Assembly: GCA_900548725.1 (NCBI GenBank)
Contig: URLV01000004.1
Span: 162 to 64,161, forward strand
Direction: 5' to 3'
Length of the DNA stretch: 64,000 nucleotides
Source of the DNA: an uncultured Mycoplasmatota bacterium
GTDB lineage: Bacteria > Bacillota_I > Bacilli_A > RF39 > UBA660
The position numbers and the translations under genes are program-made. Below, in pieces: positions 9,656 through 18,223 of this stretch. The notes beneath the pieces are model-generated. The model worked only from the letters and a program-made list of their open reading frames with translations. It ran no database searches and had not been told where the DNA came from. Each line of letters starts with the position of its first letter. Within the stretch, counting starts at the first letter, position 1.

Positions 9656-10679
9656 TTTTTTTAGTGTCTTTATCTTTTTCTAAATCATAATGTACTCTAA
9701 TTTTATGTTCTATTTCATCCATAATTTTAGGATTATTTTCTAAATATAATTTAGCATTTTCACGCCCTTGACCAATTTTTTCTCCATTATATGAATACCA
9801 AGCACCACTTTTTTCAACAACATCAATATTACTACCAATATCAATTATTTCACCAGATTTAGAAACACCTTTACCATACATAATATCAACAGTTGTAGTT
9901 TTAAATGGAGGAGCAACTTTATTTTTAACAACTTTAATATTAGTTTTATTACCAATTATAGTATCTCCCATTTTAATTTGTTCTCCACGTCTAATATCTA
10001 ATCTTATAGTAGAATAAAATTTTAAAGCTCTACCTCCTGGAGTAGTTTCTGGATTACCAAACATAACTCCTACTTTTTCTCTTAATTGATTAATAAATAT
10101 TGCAGTAGTATTAGTTTTATTTATAGTACCACTTAATTTTCTAAGTGCTTGACTCATAAGTCTTGCTTGTAAACCTACATGACTATCTCCCATTTCTCCT
10201 TCAATTTCTGCCTGTGGAACAAGTGCTGCTACAGAATCTATTACGACAACACTAACTGCACCGCTTCTAACCAAAGCTTCACATATTTCTAAAGCCTGTT
10301 CTCCAGTATCAGGTTGAGAAAGTAATAACTCATCTATATTAACACCTAATTGTTTTGAATAAACAGGGTCAAGTGCATGTTCTGCATCAATAAATGCTGC
10401 TCTTCCCCCAGCCTTTTGTACTTCTGCAACTGCTTGTAATGCAATAGTAGTTTTACCGCTACTTTCAGGTCCATAAATTTCTATTATTCTTCCCTTTGGA
10501 AATCCACCAACACCTAAAGCAATATCCAATCCTAATGAACCACTAGAAGTTGTTGCAATTTCCATATGTTCGTTTCCACCAAGTTTCATAATAGAACCCT
10601 TTCCAAATTGTTTTTCAATATCAGCTAAAACTTGTTCTAAAGCCTTATCTTTATCTGCTACGTCTTTAATAGTTTTCAT
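9642..10679 (-). CDS. recA: recombinase RecA
   Basis: GPESSGKTT Walker A and a full-length RecA-like sequence. Start moved to MKTIKD.. (10679) behind an AAGGAG SD. Confidence 0.97.
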   Translation of the reverse strand: MKTIKDVADKDKALEQVLADIEKQFGKGSIMKLGGNEHMEIATTSSGSLGLDIALGVGGFPKGRIIEIYGPESSGKTTIALQAVAEVQKAGGRAAFIDAEHALDPVYSKQLGVNIDELLLSQPDTGEQALEICEALVRSGAVSVVVIDSVAALVPQAEIEGEMGDSHVGLQARLMSQALRKLSGTINKTNTTAIFINQLREKVGVMFGNPETTPGGRALKFYSTIRLDIRRGEQIKMGDTIIGNKTNIKVVKNKVAPPFKTTTVDIMYGKGVSKSGEIIDIGSNIDVVEKSGAWYSYNGEKIGQGRENAKLYLENNPKIMDEIEHKIRVHYDLEKDKDTKKNDKA

Positions 10680-10791
10680 AATATCTATCTCCTTACATAC
10701 TAATTGTAACAACTAAAAAAATATTTGTCAACACTTTTTACGAACAAATGTATTACAAAAATTTAAAATTTGTATAAAAAAAGAAAACAAA

Positions 10792-11388
10792 CTATTTGTC
10801 TTCTAAAAAATACTTCTTATTTACTACAAAATATTGTATACCAGAATATATAGATAATATAGTAGCAACTATCAATAAAATATAATCTAATCTAAATCCC
10901 ATTAATTCAAATGGTAAATTTGAAAATAATACTAATGATAAACCAACCATCATACATATAGTTTTAATCTTACCAGCAATACTAGCAGCAACTACATTAC
11001 CTTTCTTACCAGCAACCATCTTAATAGAATCTACAACAGTATCTCTAGTTATTATAACAACTGGTATAATCAAAGGAATATTACCATTATAAGCAAGTAT
11101 TATAAGAACTCCATTAACTAAAACTTTATCTGCTATAGCATCCATAACTTTACCAAAATCAGTAACTAAATTATTCTTTCTAGCAATATTACCGTCTAAA
11201 AAATCAGTAACACTAGCTATAACAAATAATACTCCAGCAATAATATAATTTAAACCAATAGTAACATTAGTACCAATTTTATATACTGGAACATTAATTC
11301 CTAAACTTCCATAAGGAAACATTAAAAGTCCTAAAACTATAACTGCTAAAACTATTCTAACCATTGTAATCTTATTTGGTAAATTCAT
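10792..11388 (-). CDS. pgsA: CDP-diacylglycerol-glycerol-3-phosphate 3-phosphatidyltransferase
   Basis: DFLDGNIARK....G...D..ADK CDP-alcohol phosphatidyltransferase motif. Multi-TM. Confidence 0.9.
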   Translation of the reverse strand: MNLPNKITMVRIVLAVIVLGLLMFPYGSLGINVPVYKIGTNVTIGLNYIIAGVLFVIASVTDFLDGNIARKNNLVTDFGKVMDAIADKVLVNGVLIILAYNGNIPLIIPVVIITRDTVVDSIKMVAGKKGNVVAASIAGKIKTICMMVGLSLVLFSNLPFELMGFRLDYILLIVATILSIYSGIQYFVVNKKYFLEDK

Positions 11389-11866
11389 AAATTACACTCC
11401 TATCTAAATTAATAAAACCTGTTGTATTTTTATTAGCAATTTCATTAATACTCCAAAACAACGCAACTATCATAATTACAATAGCAACCACTAAAGCAAT
11501 TATATATGGAGTAGTTTTAATTTTTGGTATTGCCTTAGTATAAGGCGAAGCCACTCTATTATCTTTTTCTTCTTCAATAATATTTTCTTTAACTGCTTCT
11601 TCAATTTTATCCATAGGTATTTTATTTGTTTTCTCAAACATATATGTATTAAATGCATCTTCTATTTCTGTAATATCTAATCCTATGTATTTAGCATATT
11701 TCATAATATAATCTTTAAGTTCAAATATATCTTTAAAAGCCCCTGTATTTCCATCTTCAATTTGCTCTAATAAAACTTCAGGAATATCTAAATCTTTACT
11801 AACTTCATCTAACGATACCCCAGATGTTTCTCTAGCATTCTTTAAAGATTCTCCAACTTCAATCAA
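11372..11866 (-). CDS. RodZ-like HTH (XRE) membrane protein
   Basis: N-terminal HTH (LKNARETSGVSLDEVSKDL), a single TM, and position upstream of pgsA as ymfM/rodZ in Bacillus. Confidence 0.6.
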   Translation of the reverse strand: MIEVGESLKNARETSGVSLDEVSKDLDIPEVLLEQIEDGNTGAFKDIFELKDYIMKYAKYIGLDITEIEDAFNTYMFEKTNKIPMDKIEEAVKENIIEEEKDNRVASPYTKAIPKIKTTPYIIALVVAIVIMIVALFWSINEIANKNTTGFINLDRSVIYEFTK

Positions 11867-11893
11867 GTTCTTTTCCTCCTTAACATAAAAAAA

Positions 11894-12242
11894 TTAAAAT
11901 TTAATAAGCCATGTTCTGTACCTATTTCTAGGTGGCAAACATTTATCTACAGTAAACTGTCCTTTACTCCATTCAAGTTCTTTCGTAAAGATTCCCCTAC
12001 CAAATTTTGGGTTTCTCGCTCGCGGGGTTTACCACGTTCCACTATATTCGTTTCCAAATATACTCGTCTCTTTGGCACTTTTATATCTAATTTAACCATT
12101 TAAGGTTATTTCGAAGCCGTTAGTAAAACTACCTAGAGTTATTTATTCCTCTAGCACGAACACTACTTCCATCTCAGGATAGTGCGAGCATGGACTTTCC
12201 TCTACACATTAATAAATATGCAGCGTTTGCCTAAAATTTTAA
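11894..12242 (-). ncRNA. rnpB: RNase P RNA, type B
   Basis: Minus strand contains GAGGAAAGTCCATGCTCGCAC, GTGGAACGTGGTAAACCCCGCGAGCGAGAAACCC and ACAGAACATGGCTTA, near-identical to conserved regions of Bacillus rnpB. It lies next to gpsB, as in B. subtilis. Ends approximate. Confidence 0.9.
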
Positions 12243-12565
12243 TGTTCTTTTCCATAAACTGTTTTTTCAAGATTACTTAATCTTCTAAGAAGGTCTAAAT
12301 TACTACTAGTACCACCACTTGCTTCTTCAGCAGATTCAATATTATCACGTAACTTTCTATATTCTGATTTTAATTTATTATAATCACTAGTAAGTATTCT
12401 ATTTTCTTTTTCTAAATGTTTAATAATATTCATAAACTCTGTATAATCTCTTATAACCATATCTAGAAATTTATCTACCTCTTGAGGTCTATAACCTCTA
12501 GCATCAATTTTAAATTCTTTATCTAATATATCTTGTGTAGTTAAATAAAACTTTTCATTATACAT
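12239..12565 (-). CDS. gpsB: cell-cycle protein GpsB (DivIVA domain)
   Basis: ILDKEFKIDARGYRPQEVDKFLDMVIRDY and C-terminal LDLLRRLSNLEKTVYG. Confidence 0.9.
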   Translation of the reverse strand: MYNEKFYLTTQDILDKEFKIDARGYRPQEVDKFLDMVIRDYTEFMNIIKHLEKENRILTSDYNKLKSEYRKLRDNIESAEEASGGTSSNLDLLRRLSNLEKTVYGKEH

Positions 12566-12629
12566 AGAATATCACCCTTCTTATACTTAATATTTTATAC
12601 TTAATAACATACATTGTCAAGATGTCAAA

Positions 12630-12881
12630 TTAATTAAAATATTTAAACAAAATATATAGCCATAAAATCATATACATAAATAAATATATCTTAAATTTAA
12701 CTTTCTTAGTTTTATGTCTAAAACATATCATACCAAATATAGAGCCAACTACACCACCTACAAAGCCAAAACTAAGTAATATAAATTCACTTATTCTATA
12801 ATAATGTTTAATAGACAAAAACTTATCTACACCATATACAATAAAACTAATAAAATTAATTATAATCAAATAAATTATCAT
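12630..12881 (-). CDS. DUF1294 family membrane protein
   Basis: YGVDKF..RISE..L....GG..GS..GM..FRHKTKK pattern. Confidence 0.75.
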   Translation of the reverse strand: MIIYLIIINFISFIVYGVDKFLSIKHYYRISEFILLSFGFVGGVVGSIFGMICFRHKTKKVKFKIYLFMYMILWLYILFKYFN

Positions 12882-13012
12882 AAAACACCTCTACAAACAT
12901 GTAATAAAATACTAAATATATTATAATATCAAATGAGTTACTTAAGCTAGGTACTTTTAACCTCTTTAAACAATTTGTGGAAGGAGGTGGTCCTATGGAA
13001 AGAAAAAAATAA

Positions 13013-13078
13013 ATGGATTACTTAGTAATCTTAGTAGTGATATTAATACTGCTTAAAATACTTTTCAACAAGGATTAA
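13013..13078 (+). CDS. 21-aa hydrophobic peptide, putative type I toxin (module B)
   Basis: MDYLVILVVILILLKILFNKD. A GGAGGTGG SD serves a 5-codon leader (12995-13012, MERKK) whose TAA stop abuts this ATG. TATAAT at 12922-12927. Upstream ACCTC can sequester the SD. Confidence 0.45.
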   Translation: MDYLVILVVILILLKILFNKD

Positions 13079-13198
13079 AAAAATAGGTACCAAACTCATT
13101 TAGGTACCCACAGAACAAATTGGACTGAAAGTACTTAACGACGAATATTAAGTAACTCTTTTTTTGTCCAAAAATATTATATGATAGAAATTCCTATC
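13077..13198 (-). ncRNA. convergent antisense RNA, putative type I antitoxin (module B)
   Basis: Minus strand TTGATT (13227-13232), 16 nt, TATAAT (13205-13210). GGTACC..GGTACC hairpin (13086-13108) plus a T7 run ending at the peptide stop codon. Confidence 0.45.
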
Positions 13199-13321
13199 AC
13201 CTAGATTATAACACAACATTCTAAAAAATCAAATTAAGTTGTGTCTCGATATCAAAACACTATTATCATAAATATTATATTTCATTAATTTTAATTTATT
13301 ATAATAAAAAGATTAAAACAA

Positions 13322-13462
13322 AAAATAGACTACCACATTGTGATAGCCATACAACCTAACGTTCACTGTATTCGACGTGAATCGATACACTCATAAGAGC
13401 ACAATCATTTGTTAAACATTAGGTAAAGATAAAAGCATTTTCGCTCTTATAACCAAATAATA
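13322..13462 (-). ncRNA. candidate small RNA, unknown family
   Basis: GC-enriched island with three minus-strand hairpins. The last, CTATCAC-AAT-GTGGTAG, is followed by TCTATTTTTTGTTTT. No ORF. Promoter weak or uncertain. Confidence 0.25.
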
Positions 13463-13543
13463 TTATCAAAAACATTATCTAGTTAATATTATTTTGTACA
13501 TTTTATAGAAAAACATACATTAAAATTAATTTTAAACTATAAC

Positions 13544-13561
13544 TTTTGTATCGAGAAGTAG
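13544..13561 (+). repeat. inverted copy of the 5' end of tRNA-Pro plus 4 upstream nt
   Basis: TTTTGTATCGAGAAGTAG is the exact reverse complement of 13733-13750. Confidence 0.8.
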
Positions 13562-13665
13562 AACATTTAACAAATAGAATATTTATAATCAATATATTTT
13601 ATTTGTTTTAATTTGGGACAAGGGGCCATAAAAAAACAACACATTTAAGTGCTGTAAATATCAAA

Positions 13666-13743
13666 TGGTCGAGAAGACAGGATTCGAACCTGCGACCCCT
13701 TGGTCCCAAACCAAGTGCACTACCAAGCTGTGCTACTTCTCGA
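13666..13743 (-). tRNA. tRNA-Pro (UGG)
   Basis: Cloverleaf with anticodon loop TTTGGGA, GGTTCGAATCC T-loop and encoded CCA. Hairpin plus T-run terminator at about 13631-13660. Confidence 0.9.
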
Positions 13744-13867
13744 TACAAAAAGCAGTTAATTAACTTAACTACTTAATACTATACTACAGGTTTGGGAATT
13801 ATGCAAGTAAAAATTTAATAATATTTTTATATTCTTTATTCTAAAATAAATTTGCTATTATTACATT

Positions 13868-14374
13868 TTAAGATAAATTAGTTATTTTTTTAGATGTAGC
13901 ATCATAATTACACATTGTTGCTGCAGTATTTTTTATTGTAATATCATTAGGCACCGTTGGAGTAGCAGAAGTATCAGAATTATCAACAGAAATTGTTAAT
14001 CCAGTTTTAGATAAACTAAGTTTATTATCAGCATCACGAACACAATATGTTATTATTTGATTTGATGAATTGATTTCAAAATATGCTTCATATTTCGTTC
14101 CGTCAGAATATTTTAAAATAGTATTTCCAGCAGTAGCAGCATCTTTTTTCTCTCCACTTACATTTGCAATGTTATTAGATAACATAAACGAAGATTTCAT
14201 ATCTTGATAAGCTGATGTTAACATTTTCTGTGCTTCAGTCTTAAGAGCATTTTTCTTTGCATTACTCATAGCACCTCCAATACTACTTGTTGCAACAACC
14301 ATCAATAAAGCCAAAATAACAATAACAGCAAGTAATTCAACTAATGTAAAACCTTTCTTATTTAATTTTTTCAT
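13868..14374 (-). CDS. type IV pilin-like protein (prepilin-type N-terminal cleavage/methylation domain)
   Basis: MKKLNKKG/FTLVELLAVIVILALL class III signal. Start moved to 14374 behind an AGGAAG SD. Confidence 0.85.
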   Translation of the reverse strand: MKKLNKKGFTLVELLAVIVILALLMVVATSSIGGAMSNAKKNALKTEAQKMLTSAYQDMKSSFMLSNNIANVSGEKKDAATAGNTILKYSDGTKYEAYFEINSSNQIITYCVRDADNKLSLSKTGLTISVDNSDTSATPTVPNDITIKNTAATMCNYDATSKKITNLS

Positions 14375-14485
14375 AATATATATCTTCCTTTCTATCATTT
14401 AAGAGTATTACCATACCTTATAAATAAATTCTAATATAGTTTTTTATAAAAATCAACTACATAATTAAATAAATTGTAAAAAAAT

Positions 14486-15316
14486 TTACATATTTCTCAT
14501 ACCATTAAACATATATTGAATAGCAAGTCCACTATACTTACCATATTTTTCTTTACAAAACTCTTTTATCTTTTTTTCATCTTTAATACCATAATTAGTA
14601 TCCATATATTTTTTTACCCAAGTATCTATTGGATAAACATCATATTTTTGATAAGCAAATAAAAGTATACAACTAGCAACTTTCATCCCTATTCCTCTAA
14701 AACTCATCAAATATCTTAAACTATCTTCACTATTCATTTCAAATATATAATTAACATTTAATCTATTCTCTACAATATCACTTATTATATCAACTAAATA
14801 TCTATCTCTAAAACCTACTTTACATTCTCTAAACTCATCTAAACTTATTTTACTTAACTTATCTATACTAGGAAATAAATAATATTCTTTATCCAAAAAC
14901 ATAACCTTATCTCCAAACTTATAACTTATTAAATCTAAACTATTCTTTATATTTCTAACGCTATTATTTTGACTTATTATATAGCTAATAATACATTCTA
15001 TAGGATCTTGTTTAATCATCTTTAATCCAATAGACTTATCTAAATATTTACCAAGTACATCATCACATTCTTTAATATTTTCTATTATACTAATATAATC
15101 TCTATCTAAATCTAAATATTCTCTAATAACATTTTCTATATTATTCATATTATTAGAATCAATATATAATTTATTATCTATATATTTTAATTTAACTACC
15201 CTATCTTTTAATATAACTATATAACTATCATCTTCTAACTTTTCATATCTAAATATTTGTCCACAACTAATAGTATTATTTAAATCTAAATTATTTATAT
15301 TATCAATTACTACCAT
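14486..15316 (-). CDS. ogg: 8-oxoguanine DNA glycosylase (HhH-GPD family)
   Basis: ISCGQIFRY N-terminal motif, FRGIGMKVASCILLF HhH, and PIDTWV catalytic Asp region. Start at 15316 after an AGAGGT SD. Confidence 0.75.
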   Translation of the reverse strand: MVVIDNINNLDLNNTISCGQIFRYEKLEDDSYIVILKDRVVKLKYIDNKLYIDSNNMNNIENVIREYLDLDRDYISIIENIKECDDVLGKYLDKSIGLKMIKQDPIECIISYIISQNNSVRNIKNSLDLISYKFGDKVMFLDKEYYLFPSIDKLSKISLDEFRECKVGFRDRYLVDIISDIVENRLNVNYIFEMNSEDSLRYLMSFRGIGMKVASCILLFAYQKYDVYPIDTWVKKYMDTNYGIKDEKKIKEFCKEKYGKYSGLAIQYMFNGMRNM

Positions 15317-15385
15317 ATTTAAAACCTCTATTAATATTGTATATTTATTTAATAATTTAATCAATATAATATTAGGTGAAAATAT

Positions 15386-16099
15386 ATGAATTTAAGAACA
15401 GATATGTATATAGATACTAACAAAGAATATAAGTTAAAAAAAAAATATAATAATATAGAAATATTAGAATCTATATATAAAACAAATATTTATCATACAA
15501 TTAAATTTAATAATATTAATAATAAATCTTTAAATAATATATTTTTAAAAGAAATATTATATTTTATTAATAAATTAAATATTAATATTAAACATGTACT
15601 TATAGTAGGACTAGGTAATATTAATAATACAGCAGATAGTATAGGACCTATTACTATAAATAAAATAAAAGTTAATTATAATATAAAAGGAATAGATAAT
15701 ACAAATAATATTAAAGTATCAGCATTCATACCAGGTATATTAGGTTCTACTGGTATAAATACTGATAAAGTAATTAAAAGTATATCAAACTTAATTAAAC
15801 CAGATTTAGTTATTTTAATAGATTCTTTTATAACAAATAATATTAATTACATTAATCAAACTATAGAAATATCTAATACAGGTATTAAACCAGGTAGTGG
15901 TATACTAAATAATAATAAATTAATAGATTATAATTTATTAAAAAAACCAATATTAACTATTGGTATACCAGTATCTTTAGAATATATAAATAATAATAAA
16001 ACTATGTTATTAACTAATTCAAATATAGATTTATATGTATCACACATAACAGATTTAATATCTAACACAATAAACACTATATTTAATAGATATTTTTAA
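15386..16099 (+). CDS. gpr: germination protease GPR (A25 peptidase), short form
   Basis: NLRTDMYID, VLIVGLGNINNTADSIGP and VSAFIPGILGSTGI..KPDLVILIDSF..TIEISNTGIKPGSG align with Bacillus GPR. Only 237 aa. Confidence 0.8.
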   Translation: MNLRTDMYIDTNKEYKLKKKYNNIEILESIYKTNIYHTIKFNNINNKSLNNIFLKEILYFINKLNINIKHVLIVGLGNINNTADSIGPITINKIKVNYNIKGIDNTNNIKVSAFIPGILGSTGINTDKVIKSISNLIKPDLVILIDSFITNNINYINQTIEISNTGIKPGSGILNNNKLIDYNLLKKPILTIGIPVSLEYINNNKTMLLTNSNIDLYVSHITDLISNTINTIFNRYF

Positions 16100-17381
16100 T
16101 GGATACACCAGTATAGTAATGTAATAATATATCAGTGTAACTACTTCCATTATTAGCCATTCCATTTGCACCATATTGACTCATACCTACACCATGTCCA
16201 TATCCATTAGTACTTATAACAACATTAGCACCATTATTTTCTATACTAAAATCAGCTGACCTTAAATTTAATAATTTTCTAAATTCTACTCCACTATATG
16301 TTGTTCCATTAATTTCTATTTCTTTTACTCTATTACCACTAGTTCTACTTATTATATTAAATTTAGTATTACTATCAATACTATTTTTTAATTTATTTGA
16401 TATTTCATTATAAGTTAAAGTTATAATACTATTATAATTTTTATTAGTATTATCATACTCACTACTAACACTTTTTAAGTAAGGTACACTATTTCCCCAA
16501 ACATAAACTGCATCTTCAGTATTTCCATTACTAGTAGAATGATATACTGCATCAACATAATCGTTATTATATGACAAATATAATCCTTTTGTTTCTAAAA
16601 CAGCACTTTTTATTTTATTATAATATGTATTATAACTACTACCCCACATTTTTTTTAATTCATTATTATCTTTAAAATTTTGTGTACTATTATCACTAGT
16701 TAACTGTTTATTATTTTTTATAGATTTTAAAGCATAAGTTCTAGCAACTACACTTTGTGCCTTAAGTGCTTCTTTATTAAATGATGCAGGCATTTCAGCA
16801 CCAACTACACCAATTATATATTCTTCAAGTTCATATTTTTCTATATTACCATTATTTCTTCTAACATTAACATATATATTATTATCAATAACTTCTTCTT
16901 TAACAATATCTTCTTCTTTTTTTACTTCTATTTTATTATTATTTTCTTTAACAACGTTATCATTATTATTTTTTATTTCTTCTTTATTTATTTGATTAGT
17001 AGCATTGTTCTCTACATTCACATCACTATCTTGAACAACAACATCTTCTTCTTTATTTTCATCTTCTTGTAAAGTATTACTATCAATTATATTTTCATGT
17101 TCTTCATTCATAATAGCAACAATACCATTGTTATTATTAAAATTATTATCAGATTGATTTACATTATTTAACATAACAGTACCAACAAGAAATCCACCAA
17201 TAATTAAAGCAACTTTAACACCTTTAAAATTTATTTTATTTTTCTTAATATATTTTTTAATATCTTTCTTTAAATTTTTATTTTTTTTAGAATCTAAATT
17301 AGCAAACTCACTAGATAAATCCAAATACAAACAAAGTACTTCTTCTCCATTTATTTTTCTAATATTATAACCGTTTATCAC
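16083..17381 (-). CDS. spoIID: SpoIID/LytB domain protein (stage II sporulation protein D-like)
   Basis: SVVARTYAL, YHSTSNGNTE, GHGVGMSQYGANGMA. N-terminal TM and an N/E-rich linker. Confidence 0.8.
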   Translation of the reverse strand: MINGYNIRKINGEEVLCLYLDLSSEFANLDSKKNKNLKKDIKKYIKKNKINFKGVKVALIIGGFLVGTVMLNNVNQSDNNFNNNNGIVAIMNEEHENIIDSNTLQEDENKEEDVVVQDSDVNVENNATNQINKEEIKNNNDNVVKENNNKIEVKKEEDIVKEEVIDNNIYVNVRRNNGNIEKYELEEYIIGVVGAEMPASFNKEALKAQSVVARTYALKSIKNNKQLTSDNSTQNFKDNNELKKMWGSSYNTYYNKIKSAVLETKGLYLSYNNDYVDAVYHSTSNGNTEDAVYVWGNSVPYLKSVSSEYDNTNKNYNSIITLTYNEISNKLKNSIDSNTKFNIISRTSGNRVKEIEINGTTYSGVEFRKLLNLRSADFSIENNGANVVISTNGYGHGVGMSQYGANGMANNGSSYTDILLHYYTGVSIKNIY

Positions 17382-17613
17382 TATAAATCACCATTATATA
17401 GTGTTCATCATTAAATCAATTTTATACTAAAAAAACAATTTTATTTTTAATAAATGTTTTCTATTATTTTATATAGATATTTATTGTAATATTAATTTTT
17501 ATATTATATAATTACATCAGAGATACAATTATAGGTGTACCTCCACAATACATATTTATATGTATGAGGAGGTGATGGTATGAAAGCATATAAATTATTT
17601 TCTACATTAAAAA

Positions 17614-17694
17614 ATGGAATACTTAATGGCAGTTGTATTAATACTTTCATTAATTCTTTTCATCATTGTAGTCCTTGCAATCATATTAAAATAA
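17614..17694 (+). CDS. 26-aa hydrophobic peptide, putative type I toxin (module C)
   Basis: MEYLMAVVLILSLILFIIVVLAIILK. TTGTAA (17484-17489), 17 nt, TATAAT (17507-17512). The GGAGGTGA SD (17568-17575) is paired by upstream CCTCC. The SD-proximal ATGs (17575, 17580) are in other frames. Confidence 0.4.
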   Translation: MEYLMAVVLILSLILFIIVVLAIILK

Positions 17695-17792
17695 AGACAA
17701 AAGCACCTATATAATTAGGTGCAAACCACTATGTGGAGATACATCTAAACTAAAATTGTATCTCTTTTTAATTTGACAAGTAAACTTATCAC
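17692..17792 (-). ncRNA. convergent antisense RNA, putative type I antitoxin (module C)
   Basis: Minus strand TTGTAT (17821-17826), 16 nt, TATAAT (17799-17804). GCACCTA..TAGGTGC hairpin (17703-17722) followed by TTTTGTCTTTATTTT next to the peptide stop. Confidence 0.45.
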
Positions 17793-17961
17793 AATTAAAT
17801 TATATCATATTGTATTTAAAATACAAGTATTTTTAATATATAAAGCATAAATTATAAAATACAAAATTAAATACAATACACTATATATTATGTAATAAAC
17901 ACAAATAAATATGTAAAAAGAAAAGTACAATAGTACTTTCTCATGAATAAAAAACAAAAAA

Positions 17962-18038
17962 TGGTGCGCCCAAAGGGAGTCGAACCCCTAACCTTTAGAT
18001 CCGTAGTCTAACGCTCTATCCAATTGAGCTATGAGCGC
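17962..18038 (-). tRNA. tRNA-Arg (ACG)
   Basis: Anticodon loop CTACGGA, GGTTCGACTCC T-loop, CCA encoded. Hairpin plus T-run at about 17918-17945. Confidence 0.9.
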
Positions 18039-18223
18039 ACAAATAAATTTACTTAATTAATATAGCACACAATTGATGATTTGTGAACCCCTAAATTCAT
18101 TTAAAAACAAATACCACCTGCACTTTTAAACATAATTAACTCATAATTAACGATAATTAATAATAATTGACACTAATAAAATGATAATCTATAATTAAAA
18201 ATATAAAAGGATAATGATTTAGC

